A stretch of DNA of 64,000 nucleotides from Octopus vulgaris. Its lineage: Eukaryota. Below the pieces are notes generated by a model. It had not been told where the DNA came from. It made no database searches and saw only the letters and a list, made by a program, of their open reading frames with translations. This document shows, in pieces, positions 27,299 through 38,968 of this stretch; the stretch's first letter is position 1, and each line of letters begins with the position of its first letter. Where the stretch lies: positions 13,392,001-13,456,000 of the forward strand of contig OX597839.1 in assembly GCA_951406725.2 (NCBI GenBank), given 5' to 3'. A program made the translations under genes and the position numbers.

Positions 27299-27690
27299 TG
27301 CTCATGCAGTGACAGATACAAATGTCCTTTGGACAATCAATGCATGACCAGGAATGTGGTGTATAAGTGCATAGAGGAAGGTCCTACGTATATATCAGAG
27401 CATCGGCCAATATTTTCAAAAATCGATATCATAACCACATAGCTAACTTTCGAGAAATCTTTAAACGGCATGTAACATCAATGGCTGATTTTATCTGGAG
27501 GCTCAAGGAAGAGAAGACTAAATATACCTGACCTGGCCCATAATTAGACATGCGAGTCCCTACAACACATCCTGGAAATGCCAGTTATGTTTCAAAGAAT
27601 CACTCTCGATATTGTTGACAAAGCTGCGTATTATAAACAGATTTACAGAACAACTACACTGATGCTTGCATGCAGCTAAACACACATTTC
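27299..27690 (+). pseudogene. Decayed GIY-YIG endonuclease C-terminus of a Penelope-like retroelement
   Basis: Manual translation across two frameshifts (~27391, ~27528) and one stop: CSCSDRYKCPLDNQCMTRNVVYKC / YIRASANIFKNRYHNHIANFREIFKRHVTSMADFIWRLKEEKTKY / LTWPIIRHASPYNTSWKCQLCFKESLSILL...INRFTEQLH*CLHAAKH. This matches the CxC..CPL..C..VVY..YIG..FK.R..NH..W..C.LC..E..N.R.E..C.H pattern of PLE GIY-YIG domains. Confidence 0.8.
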
Positions 27691-27827
27691 CACATTACAT
27701 TCTTAACCATACCTAACCAATGCAAATCTTACACCCACAATTCAGATTAATCCCTCTGAGTTAAAACCTTATATACTAAAAAAGTGTCCAAATAACATGT
27801 ATTTAGACATGTAACTCTACAATATAG

Positions 27828-27870
<43 letters not shown>

Positions 27871-28007
27871 TACACATATGAGAGGGATGGCCACCACGTG
27901 GACACCCTAATGCTAGAAGTAGATCTGCTATGGTCTTACCACTAAGAAATGTTCTCTAGAAAATTTAGCAAACACCAGAAACGTAAACAAGCAAGACAAA
28001 TGAAAAG

Positions 28008-28052
<45 letters not shown>

Positions 28053-28202
28053 AGTGTGTGTGTATTTGGGTCTATATACATATCTATATGCATCTTTACA
28101 TATGTATGTATATATATATATGTGTGTGTGTGTGTGTATGCACATGTGTACCTACATAAATGAGTTTGTGTCTATATGTATGTCTATATAAGTATGTGTA
28201 TG

Positions 28203-28233
<31 letters not shown>

Positions 28234-28812
28234 ATGCACAAACATGAAACTACTTGTCTAAGTATTAATCTTCCTTTCTCCATCTCCTTTCTTTTCCCTC
28301 TAAGCAGTTATGACAGCGAAAGCTGATTACGTCATTTTATCTAAACTAGAACACATGATTTCCATGTTCAGATTTGAATTTTTTGCATTTCTATAATCAT
28401 CATCATCGTTTAACGTCTGCTTTCCATGCTAGCATGGGTTGGACGGTTCAACTGGGGTCTGGGAAGACAGAAGGCTGCGCCAGGCCCAGTCTGATCTGGC
28501 CGTGTTTCTACAGCTGGATACCCTTCCTAATGCCAACCACTCCGTGAGTGTAGTGGGTGCTTTTTGCGTGCCAGACGAGGCTGGCATACAGCCACAATCG
28601 GATGGTGCTTTTTACGTGCCACCGGCATGGGGGCCAGACGAGGCTGGCAACGGCCACAATCGGATGGTGCTTTTTACGTGCCACCGGCACGGAGGCCAGT
28701 CGAGGCGGGGCTGGCAATGATCACATTTGCTTTTATTCATTCTTGAATTTGACGAGCATTTTCCAACAAGCCAGCCAACACTCAAAATCTCTAGTGAGAC
28801 TTCTTTATCACT

Positions 28813-28865
28813 GTACCTGAAGAGACCCAGACGAATGGGTTGAAACATATGTCGGACCTAATAAA
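28813..28865 (+). ncRNA. Minimal type-I hammerhead ribozyme motif (canonical core), Penelope pLTR type
   Basis: GTAC-CTGAAGA-GACCCA(gacgaa)TGGGTT-GAAAC-ATAT-GTC-GGAC, then AATAAA at 28860-28865. Stem III ACATATGT is palindromic. Confidence 0.75.
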
Positions 28866-29274
28866 AGTCTATATGAAATCCATCTCCTACTATTAATTAA
28901 TACTATATATATATATGTTTGTTCCCACTCGAGCCATGCCTGGTTCATAAGGGCCGGTTTCCCAGATTCCTTGGCGTATAGGTCCCCCACCTGGACTGTA
29001 TGCCGGTCTGTCGCTGATGAGCTACAAGATGCAGGAGGAAAGAGTGAGAGAAATTTGTGGCAAAAGAGTCAGCAGAAGTTTGCCATTATCTTCTTACGGA
29101 GCCGCGTGGAGCTTAGGTGTTTCGCTCATAAACACACACATCGCCTGATCTGAGATTCGAACACACACACATATAGACATACATACATACATACATACAT
29201 ACATGTGTGCATGTGTATCTATATGTACTTACACAGACATATATACATACATACATAAATATGTACACACACAC

Positions 29275-29306
<32 letters not shown>

Positions 29307-29936
29307 CATACATATATACATATATATACACATACACATGTATGTATAAATATATATATATAATATATACTTATATTTCTGTGTGTGTGTTTGTATGTAA
29401 TATATACACACACATACTAAACTGAACTGGGCGAAATATTGGAAGTAATTCTGTTTGAAGAATTTCCTACAACATTCTGGCAGTACAAGAAAATAATTTG
29501 CTCTTAGCATTCTCGATCTCATTAATGGTGGCAATTAAGAAAGATGTGAAGATTGCCCTTCACTGAACTTAAACATCACCACTAGTTAGGATGTCAGCTT
29601 ACAATTCTTAACATCACCATAATTAAGATGTCGATTTATAAGGTGGGGCTGTATAGCTACAACAACCCCAATAATTAAGGGGAATGTAGATATCTTAACA
29701 AGCCCAGTAATTAAAGGTGGATATTTATCTTAACAACCCCAATAGCTAAGGTAGTGATTCAAAGTCTTAACAACAACAAATGTTAAAGTGATTTCGTTTC
29801 TTTTTTCTTGTTTTCTTGCCAGTAGTTAATCTGGAAATATATAGGTTAAAACCATACCATACCATACTAATAGTTAATCTGGAGGTATATAGTTTAAACA
29901 ATATCATAGTTGATCTGGAAGTATATATATATATTC

Positions 29937-30320
29937 GTGGAGGCGCAATGGCCCAGTGGTTAGGGCAGCGGACTCGCGGTCGTAGGATCGCGGTTTCGAT
30001 TTCCAGACCGGGCGTTGTGAGTGTTTATTGAGCGAAAACACCTAAAAGCTCCACGAGGCTCCGGCAGGGATAGTGGTGATCCCTGCTGTACTCTTTCACC
30101 ACAACTTTCTCTCACTCTTACTTCCTGTTTCTGTTGTACCTGTATTTCAAAGGGCCGACCTTGTCACTCTCTGTGTCACGCTGAATATCCCCTGAGAACT
30201 ACGTTAAGGGTACACGTGTCTGTGGAGTGCTCAGCCACTTGTACGTTAATTTCACGAGCAGGCTGTTCCGTTGATTGGATCAACCGGAACCCTCGTCGTC
30301 GTAACCGACGGAGTGCTTCC
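29937..30320 (+). mobile_element. tRNA-derived SINE, family C (near full length)
   Basis: tRNA-like head GGAGGCGCAATGGCCCAGTGGTTAGGGCAGCGGACTCGCGGTCGTAGGATCGCGGTTTCGATTTCC with A and B boxes, followed by a non-tRNA body. Confidence 0.85.
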
Positions 30321-30532
30321 ATTCCATATATATATTCTAAACAAAACCAATAGTTGATCTGGAGATCTGTAGTGTAAACAATATTAATGGTTGATCTGGA
30401 AGTATACCATTTGAACAACACTAATAATTAATGAGGGAGTATATATGCTTTAAACCTTTGGCATTCAGATTACCCTGTGAAATGTTTATTTATAATTGTT
30501 TTGAATTAATCATGTATTACAGTTCTATATTT

Positions 30533-30670
30533 AAGAGATGAGGAATTATGTACATTATTTACATTCAACGGATATTTGTCCTCATCTTTCGGCTGATATA
30601 CCTTCCAGCCTTCTTCATGTGTCTTGGGGAAATTTCGAACCTGGGTTCTCATTCCTAAGGTATTCTTCGA

Positions 30671-30701
<31 letters not shown>

Positions 30702-30790
30702 GTTCAGGTCACTGCTTGGAATCGAACTCGGAATCTTGGGGTTAGTAGCCCGCGCTCTTAACCACTATGCCATATGCCTGTAGGCATATG
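30533..30790. mobile_element. Penelope-like fragment with an internally deleted hammerhead remnant, nested in a TTAA MITE
   Basis: Reverse complement of 30587-30623 reads GACACATGAAGA-aGGCTG(10 nt)CAGCC-GAAA with stem III missing. (TTA)n tract present. Flanks 30450-30520 and 30804-30890 match the 44286 MITE family in reverse. Confidence 0.5.
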
Positions 30791-31086
30791 TAAATAATAG
30801 CCATACATTATCTTGTAGCTTTGAGATATCGATAATGTGAATGTTTTCTTTTAGAATGACATTGTAGGGTAAGTGAGAGGCAGGATCTGGCGTTGATTTG
30901 AATTATTTTTTCATTGCTTTTGTGGACTCTCGACTCCCTGCCACCATTTAATTCTATTGTTATGAATTTAAATTGGGAACTTCAGTCATAGTAAATCTTT
31001 TATTAGGTGGAGTGGCTGTGTGTAAGTAGCTTGCTTACCAACCACATGGTTCTGGGTTCGGTCCCACTGCATGGCACCTTGGGCAA

Positions 31087-31286
31087 GTGTCTTCTACTAT
31101 AGCCTCGGGTTTATTTACATTTGTGAAGAAAAAAATGATACCCTTCCCCCCCACCCCTAACCCTAACCCTAACCCTAACCCTAAAACAGATTGAAATGCA
31201 ATAGATCGATACTGGGGTCATAATTATGGGTGACAATTTCATATGACACCGCTAGAAAAAACTGCCATTCAAACCGAAAAGATCCC
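31087..31286. mobile_element. Partial reverse copy of the TTAGGG-bearing TIR element, truncating a family-A SINE
   Basis: Reverse complement of ~56917-57060, with (CCCTAA)5. Confidence 0.75.
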
Positions 31287-32114
31287 ACTAGTCTAAACTT
31301 TATTAGTACTTAATCTGGAGGTAGATAGTATGAATATCATCAATGGTTAATCTGAGGGTATTTAATCTAAACAATATGAATAGTTAATCCTGAGGTATAT
31401 AGTCTTAATATCAGTAATGTAGGTGAGGTATAGTTTAATATCACAAACAGTTTATCTGGAGGTTATAATAGTCGAGGGATCAACAACTTTTGCTTTTGTT
31501 TTTTTTGTTTTTTTCTTGTGCCCTAGGGCTCATAAGGCCGATTACCCAGTTTTCATGAAGTATAAGTGATTGAGGTCACAACATTCCCCCAAAATGGAAA
31601 CAAACAACATCACTTGTATGATGCTGACATTCACTTAGAACCATCATGTGACATCAAGACAAGTGTAAATCATGTAAATTAGAAGAACTGGAATAAAATT
31701 TAAATACTAGAAAGCCTCATTAGGGATATTATAGCAATGTAAATACATTCTTTTTATGCTATAGATATAATATGGAAGGAGTATCTTGATAGACTGTTTC
31801 ATTGTTTTTTGACTGCTCCTCAGAGAAAATGCTCTCAGTTTCCTTGCCCAATCAATAGCAAAGGTCAGCTACTTTATAAATCAGACATGAAGTGGTAAGC
31901 AGCCTAATTTGCATATTTGTGTTTTTGACTACATAAACACACTCTCTCTCTCTTTCATCTCCAGACTTCACTATTGTCATTATTGATTTTTGTTGTTGTT
32001 ATTTTAAATATATCTTCATCACTGTTGAGCTATAAAATAACTTACGTTAGAATATATATAAGCTATAAAAATGATTGTGCATTTATGAATGTGTGTGTGA
32101 GTATGTGGTTATGT

Positions 32115-32293
32115 CAGTGCTTTTCAACCTTTTTGCTGGAGCGGAACCCCAAGGAAAAATTCCACTGGCTCGAGGAACCCCTGTGCAATAATTTAATAGT
32201 CTTATGCACACATATCTGCACAGGAAAATTATAAATTACTGCCGATTTTAGCAGTTTTGTAACTTCTTGCGGAACCCTGGTTGAAAACCACTG
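32115..32293. mobile_element. hAT-type MITE
   Basis: TIRs CAGTGCTTTTCAACC / GGTTGAAAACCACTG. 8-bp TSD GGTTATGT on both sides. Confidence 0.88.
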
Positions 32294-32464
32294 GGTTATG
32301 TATTAAAATGATGGCCTTTACAAGACAAGTTGCGTTTTTCTCTATAGGCTCATATCTATTATCTTTTACTTGTTTCAATCATTAGACTGTAGCCATGCTG
32401 GGGCACAGCCTTGAAGAATTTTCAGTTGATTGAACCATCCCTGGTACTTTATTTTTAAAGCCTA

Positions 32465-33085
32465 TCAGGCATGTAGAAAGCACCATCCAAATGTGGTCGT
32501 TGCCAGGTCTGCCTGACTGGCTCCTGTGCTGGTGGCACGTAAAAAGCACCATCCGAACGTGGCTGATGCCAGTACCCCATGACCGGCTTCTGTGCTGGCA
32601 GCACGTAAAAAGCACTATCCGTATGTGACCAATACCAGTACCCACTGACTGGCTTCCATGCTGGTGGCATATAAAAAGCACCATCCAAACGTGGTCGATG
32701 CCAGTACCCCCTGATTGGCTCCCATGCCAGCGGCATGTAAAAAGCACTATCTGAACATGATCAATGCCAGGACCACCAGACTGGCCCCCATGCCAGTGGC
32801 ACGTAAAGAGCACCATCCAAGCGTGATTGATGCCAGGCCAGCTGGTGGCACATAAAAAGCACCATCTGAATGTAATCGATGCCAGGTCTGCCTGATTGGC
32901 TTCTGTGCTGGTGGCATGTAAAAAGCACCTACTACACTCCCAAAGTGGTTGGCATTCAGGAAAGCATACAGCTGTACAAGCATTGCCAGATCAGATTGGA
33001 GCCTGGTGCAGCCACTGGCTTCCCAGACCTCAGTCAAACTGTCCAAAAGCCAGCATGGAAAATGGACGTTAAATGATGATGAGAA
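32465..33085 (+). repeat. Family-E interspersed repeat with about eight internal ~66-bp tandem units
   Basis: AAAGCACC recurs near 32478, 32543, 32608, 32676, 32741, 32807, 32855 and 32922. It is followed by the shared TTGGC(G/A)TTAGGAAGGGCATCCAGCTGTAG...(GAT)n end. Other copies at ~4660, 6870, 28397(-), 34150(-), 48140, 49270(-), 51140 and 56700. Confidence 0.78.
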
Positions 33086-33311
33086 TGATCAGTCATGGAG
33101 ATACAAGCAAACCAGCACTAGTTATGAAGCAGTTGTGGGGGACACAAGCGCAGACACACATACACACACATGACGGGCTTTTTGCAATTTCCATCTACCA
33201 AATCCACTCACAAGGCTATGGTCAGCCCAGGACTATAGTAGAAGACATTTGCCCAAGGTATCACGTAGTGGAACTGAACCTGAAACCATGCGGTTGGGAA
33301 GCAAGCTTCTT

Positions 33312-33712
33312 ATTTCTTTATTGCCCACAAGGAGCTAAACATAGAAGGGATAAACAAGACAAACAAAGGGATTAAGTAAATTACATTGACTCCAGTGTGT
33401 AACTGGTACTTAATTTATCAACCCCGAAAGGATGAAAGGCAAAGTCGACCTTGGCGGAATTTGAACTCAGAATGTAACGGCAGACGAAATACCTATTTCT
33501 TTACTACCCACAAGGGGCTAAACACAGAGGGGACAAACGGATTAAGTCGATTACATCGACCCCCAGTACGTAACTGGTACTTAATTTATCAACCCCGAAA
33601 GGATGAAAGGCAAAGTCGACCTTGGCAGAATTTGAACTCAGAATGTAAAGATGGACAAAATGTCACGAAGCATTTTGCCTGGTGTGCTAACAATTCTGCC
33701 AGCTCCCTGCCT
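33312..33712 (-). mobile_element. Family-B SINE dimer abutting a family-A SINE
   Basis: Two units joined at GAAATACC/TATTTC. Confidence 0.8.
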
Positions 33713-34990
33713 CAGAGTAATGATAATAATAATTAAATATAGATATACACATCAGTATTTGAAAAAAAATAGAATTCAAACTCTTGATTATATATCTATG
33801 TGTACATGTGTGTTTGGATATATAAGATGAAAGTATAGATGAGATATGTTTGAAGAAAGATACACCAGTTATACCGGCTCCTCTTTATACACAACACCAT
33901 ATTCTCAAGTGTTTTGCTCTCTTTACAAGACACTAATCCTTCCTAATCCTTCATACACACTTCAGTAGGATTTACTAAATGAAATACATGAAAAAAATGG
34001 TGTTAACAATAGAAATGTACACACACACACACACACTCACACAAACTGCCTCAGGTAATTTTAGTATGTAATTGTTGTTGTCTTCCACTATCTATACCTG
34101 CATCTTACATCTCAAGACTGTATGAATATATATATATATATATATATCATATCATCATCATCATTATTTAACGTCCGCTTTCCATGCTAGCATTGATTGG
34201 ACGATTTGACGGAGGACTGGCGAACCAGATGGCTGCACCAGGTTCCAATCTTGATCTTGCAGAGTTCCTACAGCTGGATGCCCTTCCTAATGCCAACCAC
34301 TCCAAGAGTGTAATGGGTGCTTTTATGTACCACCGGCACGAGGGCCAGTCAGGCGGTACTGGCAACGGCCACGCTCAGATGGTGTTTTTTACGTGCCACC
34401 TGCACAGGAGCCAGTACAATGATGCAGGTGGGAGAAAGTATATACATGATGCATCACTATTACTATTACACGAGACTTGACACTCTATATCAAAGGCTCA
34501 CAGTGAACTGCTACCAACACGAACTGCCAGTCGCTCACAATTCTCTACTTTATAATAATGAGTCAGTCCACCTTTTAGTCACTTGAGGGGTGGTCAGAAT
34601 CCTTCCACAACAACAACTAATCTCCTCACTGAAAGTGCTGGCCTTGTACCAAAATTTTAAACCAATACTATGAATATATAATATATTTAGATATCTAAAT
34701 CACTCAAGTATATAAAGGTGGAAATGATTGATCTCTTTTCTCTTTGAAATCTTACAATATATGTTACAGTATGATATTAAATTTCCTGCTAAAAGTACAC
34801 AATTTGTTTTGCTTTTTTTATTGAAATAGGCACAGGCATGGTTATGTGGTGAGAAGCTTGCTTTTCCAATCACATACGTTCGGGTTTAGTCATACTATGC
34901 AGCACCTTGGGCAATTGTCTTCTATAGCCTTGAGCTGACCAAAGCCTTGAAAGTGAACTTGGTTGATGGAAACTTAAAGAAGCTCATCAA

Positions 34991-35025
<35 letters not shown>

Positions 35026-35114
35026 ATATTAATTAGAGACAAAACCACTATTTTGCAAATCAAACAAGGAAAGACTTAATCAATACATAAAAAAATTTTA
35101 ATATAAAGTAAATA

Positions 35115-35166
35115 AATCGGCACTACAATTGTTTCCTGTCTTCAAATGACATTCATCAGGTGGATT
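35115..35166 (-). ncRNA. Minimal type-I hammerhead-like motif
   Basis: Reverse complement: CAC-CTGATGA-aTGTC(atttgaa)GACAg-GAAAC-AATT-GTA-GTG. Palindromic stem III ACAATTGT. Confidence 0.68.
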
Positions 35167-35227
35167 TCATATCTTCTATTCAATATATATATACATATAT
35201 ACATACACACATATATATATGTATATA

Positions 35228-35695
35228 TCTTTTACTCTTTTAATCTTTTACTTGTTTCAGTCATTTGACTGTGGCCATGCTGGAGTACCACCTTTAGTCG
35301 ATCAAATCGACCCCAGGACTTATTCTTTGTAAGCCTAGTACTTATTCTATCGGTCTCTTTTGCCGAACCGCTAAGTTACGGGGACGTAAACACACCAGCA
35401 TCAGTTGTCAAGCGATGTTGGGTGAGGGAGACGAACACAGACACACAAACATGTATACACACACATAGATACATACATACATACATATATATATATATGT
35501 GTGTGAGTGTGTATATATATATATATATATACGACGGGCTTCTTTCAGTTTCCGTCAATCAAATCCACTCACAAGGCTTTGGTCGGCCCAAGGCTATAGT
35601 AGAAGACACTTGCCCAAGGTACCACGCAGTGGGACTGAACCCAGAACCATGTGATTCGTAATTAAGCTACCTACCACACAGCCACTCCTACGCCT
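35228..35695 (-). mobile_element. SINE family A
   Basis: Full-length match. Confidence 0.85.
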
Positions 35696-35806
35696 ATTTA
35701 TTTAAAAAAAAAATGGCATAGGAGTGACCATCTGTATGTGGGATCTATAACTTGCATTGGATCGGGAACCTATGTGTATGTGTGTGTGTTTATATATATG
35801 TGTGTG

Positions 35807-35847
<41 letters not shown>

Positions 35848-36013
35848 ATAGTTATCGCCATACTAATATGGCATTCTTATAAAAATAAGAAAAAAGCTGT
35901 CCGCTTATTAGCTCCATGAGGCCATCGCCTTAAGTTAGCTATTTGATACACAAACTGTATCCATATAACCTTCGAACAAGGGAGGTCAGTCGCTCCACAC
36001 TACTTGACCGGCA

Positions 36014-36055
36014 GCTACAGACGCGTTTCGGGGTATTGCCCCTTTTCAATGCAGC
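36014..36055 (-). ncRNA. Minimal hammerhead-like motif, U3-A8 core variant
   Basis: Reverse complement: GCTGCA-TTGAAAA-GGGG(caata)CCCC-GAAAC-GC-GTC-TGTAGC. 6-bp stem I, 4-bp G-C stem II, palindromic ACGCGT. Confidence 0.68.
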
Positions 36056-36093
36056 GTAGCCAGCCAGTAGAGACTTAGTTATTTTAATATTTC

Positions 36094-36140
<47 letters not shown>

Positions 36141-36445
36141 TATATAAATGGATGTATGTATAGGATATGTCTATGTATGCATGAGACTTGACCCTTTCCC
36201 AGCATCCTGGATTTTAAAATACCTAAATTCTAACAAATCCTACAACTGATTAATAATATTGTTCATTTAATAACAACTAGGGTCTATTGCATGCAACTTA
36301 AAGTTTTGAAGGCTTGTCCATCAAACCTATCTTGCCAGGCTTGGAGAAACTGTGTATGTGTATGTGTGTGTGTGTGTTCAGATATAATAAAAACAACTTT
36401 ACATTTAGGGTTACTCAATACTTATGTAAAGTACAAATTTATTAT

Positions 36446-36760
36446 TGAGATGTACTTGCATAGCGAGTGACTTGATGTGAGATCGTGTGCTTGAACAAAA
36501 ACAATTGCAGCATGGAAGGTGTTTATAAGCCATTTAAGAAACACACAAAAACCGTTAGATTCACTTCAACATTTAAATTTAATTTGTCAAAATATTTTCG
36601 TCACTTTGAAACCGTGACCTGTTCACTGATGAAACTTTGAGATGTCGCGGTCTCAAAGCGACAAAAACATTTTGACAAATTAAATTTAAATGTTGAAGTG
36701 AATCTAACGGTTTTTGTGCGTTTCTGAAATGGTTTATAAACACCTTCCACGCTGAAATTT
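36446..36760. mobile_element. Penelope-pLTR-like repeat as an inverted pair, carrying a G3-C8 hammerhead-like motif (36581-36630, -)
   Basis: Arm ~36503-36618 is the reverse complement of ~36644-36760. Motif: TCA-GTGAACA-gGTCAC(9 nt)GTGAC-GAAA-ATAT-TT-TGA. Further family copies at ~3848-3975, ~9701-9840 and ~10186-10330. Confidence 0.6.
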
Positions 36761-37389
36761 ATTATTCTTAAACAAGAATGTTATTGACTTCAAAGTTTTG
36801 GCCAACTCAGCCATCATAAATATTTGTTGATTGAAAATGTGCACCACCATCATACAAGAGATTTTATTTGTTGGCAGTCTTCCATGAAAAACATGTCTAG
36901 CCATGAGGAAATATTACCTTGCTTGGAAACAGGTTAGGGTCGGTGAGAGGAACGGCAAGTGACTGCAGAAATCCTGCTTCAATAAAGCTCCATCCGACCC
37001 AAACAAGCATAGAAAAGCAAGCATTAAAATGTTGATGAATAACATTTCTAACCTGTCTCTAAAAAATTTTTCGAGTAACTAATCTAAGGTAATATTTCTC
37101 TCCATAAATTCTCTACAAACCGAAAATTTAGGTCAATTTTATTCAACCCCGGTGAACATCAAAGATTTATGGATCAAACCTGTTCAATAATTCTTGTATA
37201 ACGCTGAACGATTCCCAAACAATGATTGCGTAGCCTTGGAGATTTTCAATAATTCTTGTGTAACATCAAAATACTGTTAACAATGCTTGCATAGACTCCA
37301 AGAACTATCGATAATACATCTCTGTTAGCAAACTTTATTCCTGTTTAAAATTTGAAAACAATTGTAAATCATAAGAATGGTTAGTCTTC

Positions 37390-37925
37390 GTTCTCTCTCT
37401 CCCTATCTCTCTTGTTCTCTCTCTGTCTCTCGTGCTCTCTCTCTCTCTTGCTTTTTCTCTTTTTCTGTCTGTCTCTCTCTCTCTCTTGCTATCTCCCTTT
37501 TTCTGTCTCTTGTGCTCTCTCTCTCTCATTTTTTGTTTCTCGTGCTCTCTCTCTCTCTCTCTCTCTCTTGCTCTCTCTCTTTTTCTACCTATCTGTCTCT
37601 CTCATTCTCGCTCTCTCTCTCATTTTCTGTTTCTTGTGCTTTCTCTCCCTCTATCATGCTCTCTCTCTCTCTATCATGCTCTCTCTCTTTTTCTGTCTGT
37701 CTCTCTCTCTTTTACATTCTCTGTCTTGCTTACTATCTTGCTTTTTCCTCTTTCCCTCTTGCTCTCTCTCCCCTCTTTCTTTTTGCTCTCCATCTCTCTT
37801 GCTCATTTGCTCTCTCTCTCACTCTCCCTTTCTCTCTCTCTCTTCCTTACTGCCTCTGTCACCTCGTCTCATTCCTTTTCTTTCTTTCCTCTCTATCTGT
37901 CTCTTGCTTTCTCTCTCTCTCTCCC
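37390..37925. repeat. Degenerate (CT)n polypyrimidine tract
   Basis: Read directly from the sequence. Confidence 0.9.
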
Positions 37926-38574
37926 CTCCTCTGTTGCCCTTTCTCACCCCCACCCCCCGCCAACTATGTTTACACAAAATAATGCCACATTTTATGTCAT
38001 GATGTCATAGCTACATGTGACTTTAACTCAAGACTGCTTTATTCCTCACATTTCCAGGGTTTTTTTTTTTTACCCATTTCTATATCAAAAAAAAAAAAAA
38101 ACAACCAAAAAAAACCCAGCAATGTCTTTCAGAACAGAACATGGCAAACAGCTTCTACAAACATATCATTTAGAATCCATATCTTTCTCTCTCTCTTTTT
38201 TTTTCAGCTGAATCTTGCCTGCATTTATATGCGTACATGGCAGAACTGGTTGTTAAGTAGTTTAGGAAAATACGTATCTCAAGCTCAGTGATGTCACAGA
38301 ATAAAGAGCAGGTATTCTTCAGCAGAGCATCTGTGACATAATCCAATAGGAATATTTACGTCAAAACTACATTTTCTAAATATGGTGACTGGATACACTG
38401 TAAATAAAACTTCCATATTGGTGAATAAACACTGTTTGGAAGTTGGCAGAAACAAGGTGATGATGATAACACAACTCCATATATGTCTTTTATCTGTTAT
38501 CTTTTTATCTTTAGCTTGTTTTAGTTGTTGGACTGCGGCCATGCTGGGACATCGCCTTGAAGGGTTTATTCTTT

Positions 38575-38968
38575 TCTCTTTTCTTTTCCTTGTTTCAGTC
38601 ATTTGACTGCGACCATGCTGGAGCACCACCTTTAGTCAAGCAAATCGACCCCGGGACTTATTCTTTGTAAGCCCAGTACTTATTCTATTGGTCTCTTTTG
38701 CCGAACCTCTAAGTGACGGGGACGTAAACACACCAGCATCGGTTGTCAAGCAATGCTAGGGGGACAAACACAGACACACATACACATATTTATATATATA
38801 TACATATATACGACAGGCTTCTTTCAGTTTCCGTCTACCAAATCCACTCACAAGGCATTGGTCGGCCCGGGGCTATAGCAGAAGACACTTGCCCAAGATG
38901 CCACGCAGTGGGACTGAACCCAGAACCATGTGGTTGGTTAGCAAGCTACTTACCACACAGCCACTCCT
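38575..38968 (-). mobile_element. SINE family A
   Basis: Full-length match. Confidence 0.85.

Noticed and set aside
29939-30012. tRNA-like sequence (also at 4010 and 56140)
   Set aside because: SINE heads: they continue into the SINE body and lack a proper acceptor stem.
32465-32935. CRISPR-like repeat-spacer appearance
   Set aside because: Eukaryotic context, spacers homologous to each other, degenerate repeats, no cas genes.
37377-38010. Three overlapping ~200-aa Ser/Leu ORFs
   Set aside because: A polypyrimidine tract lacks stop codons in every frame.
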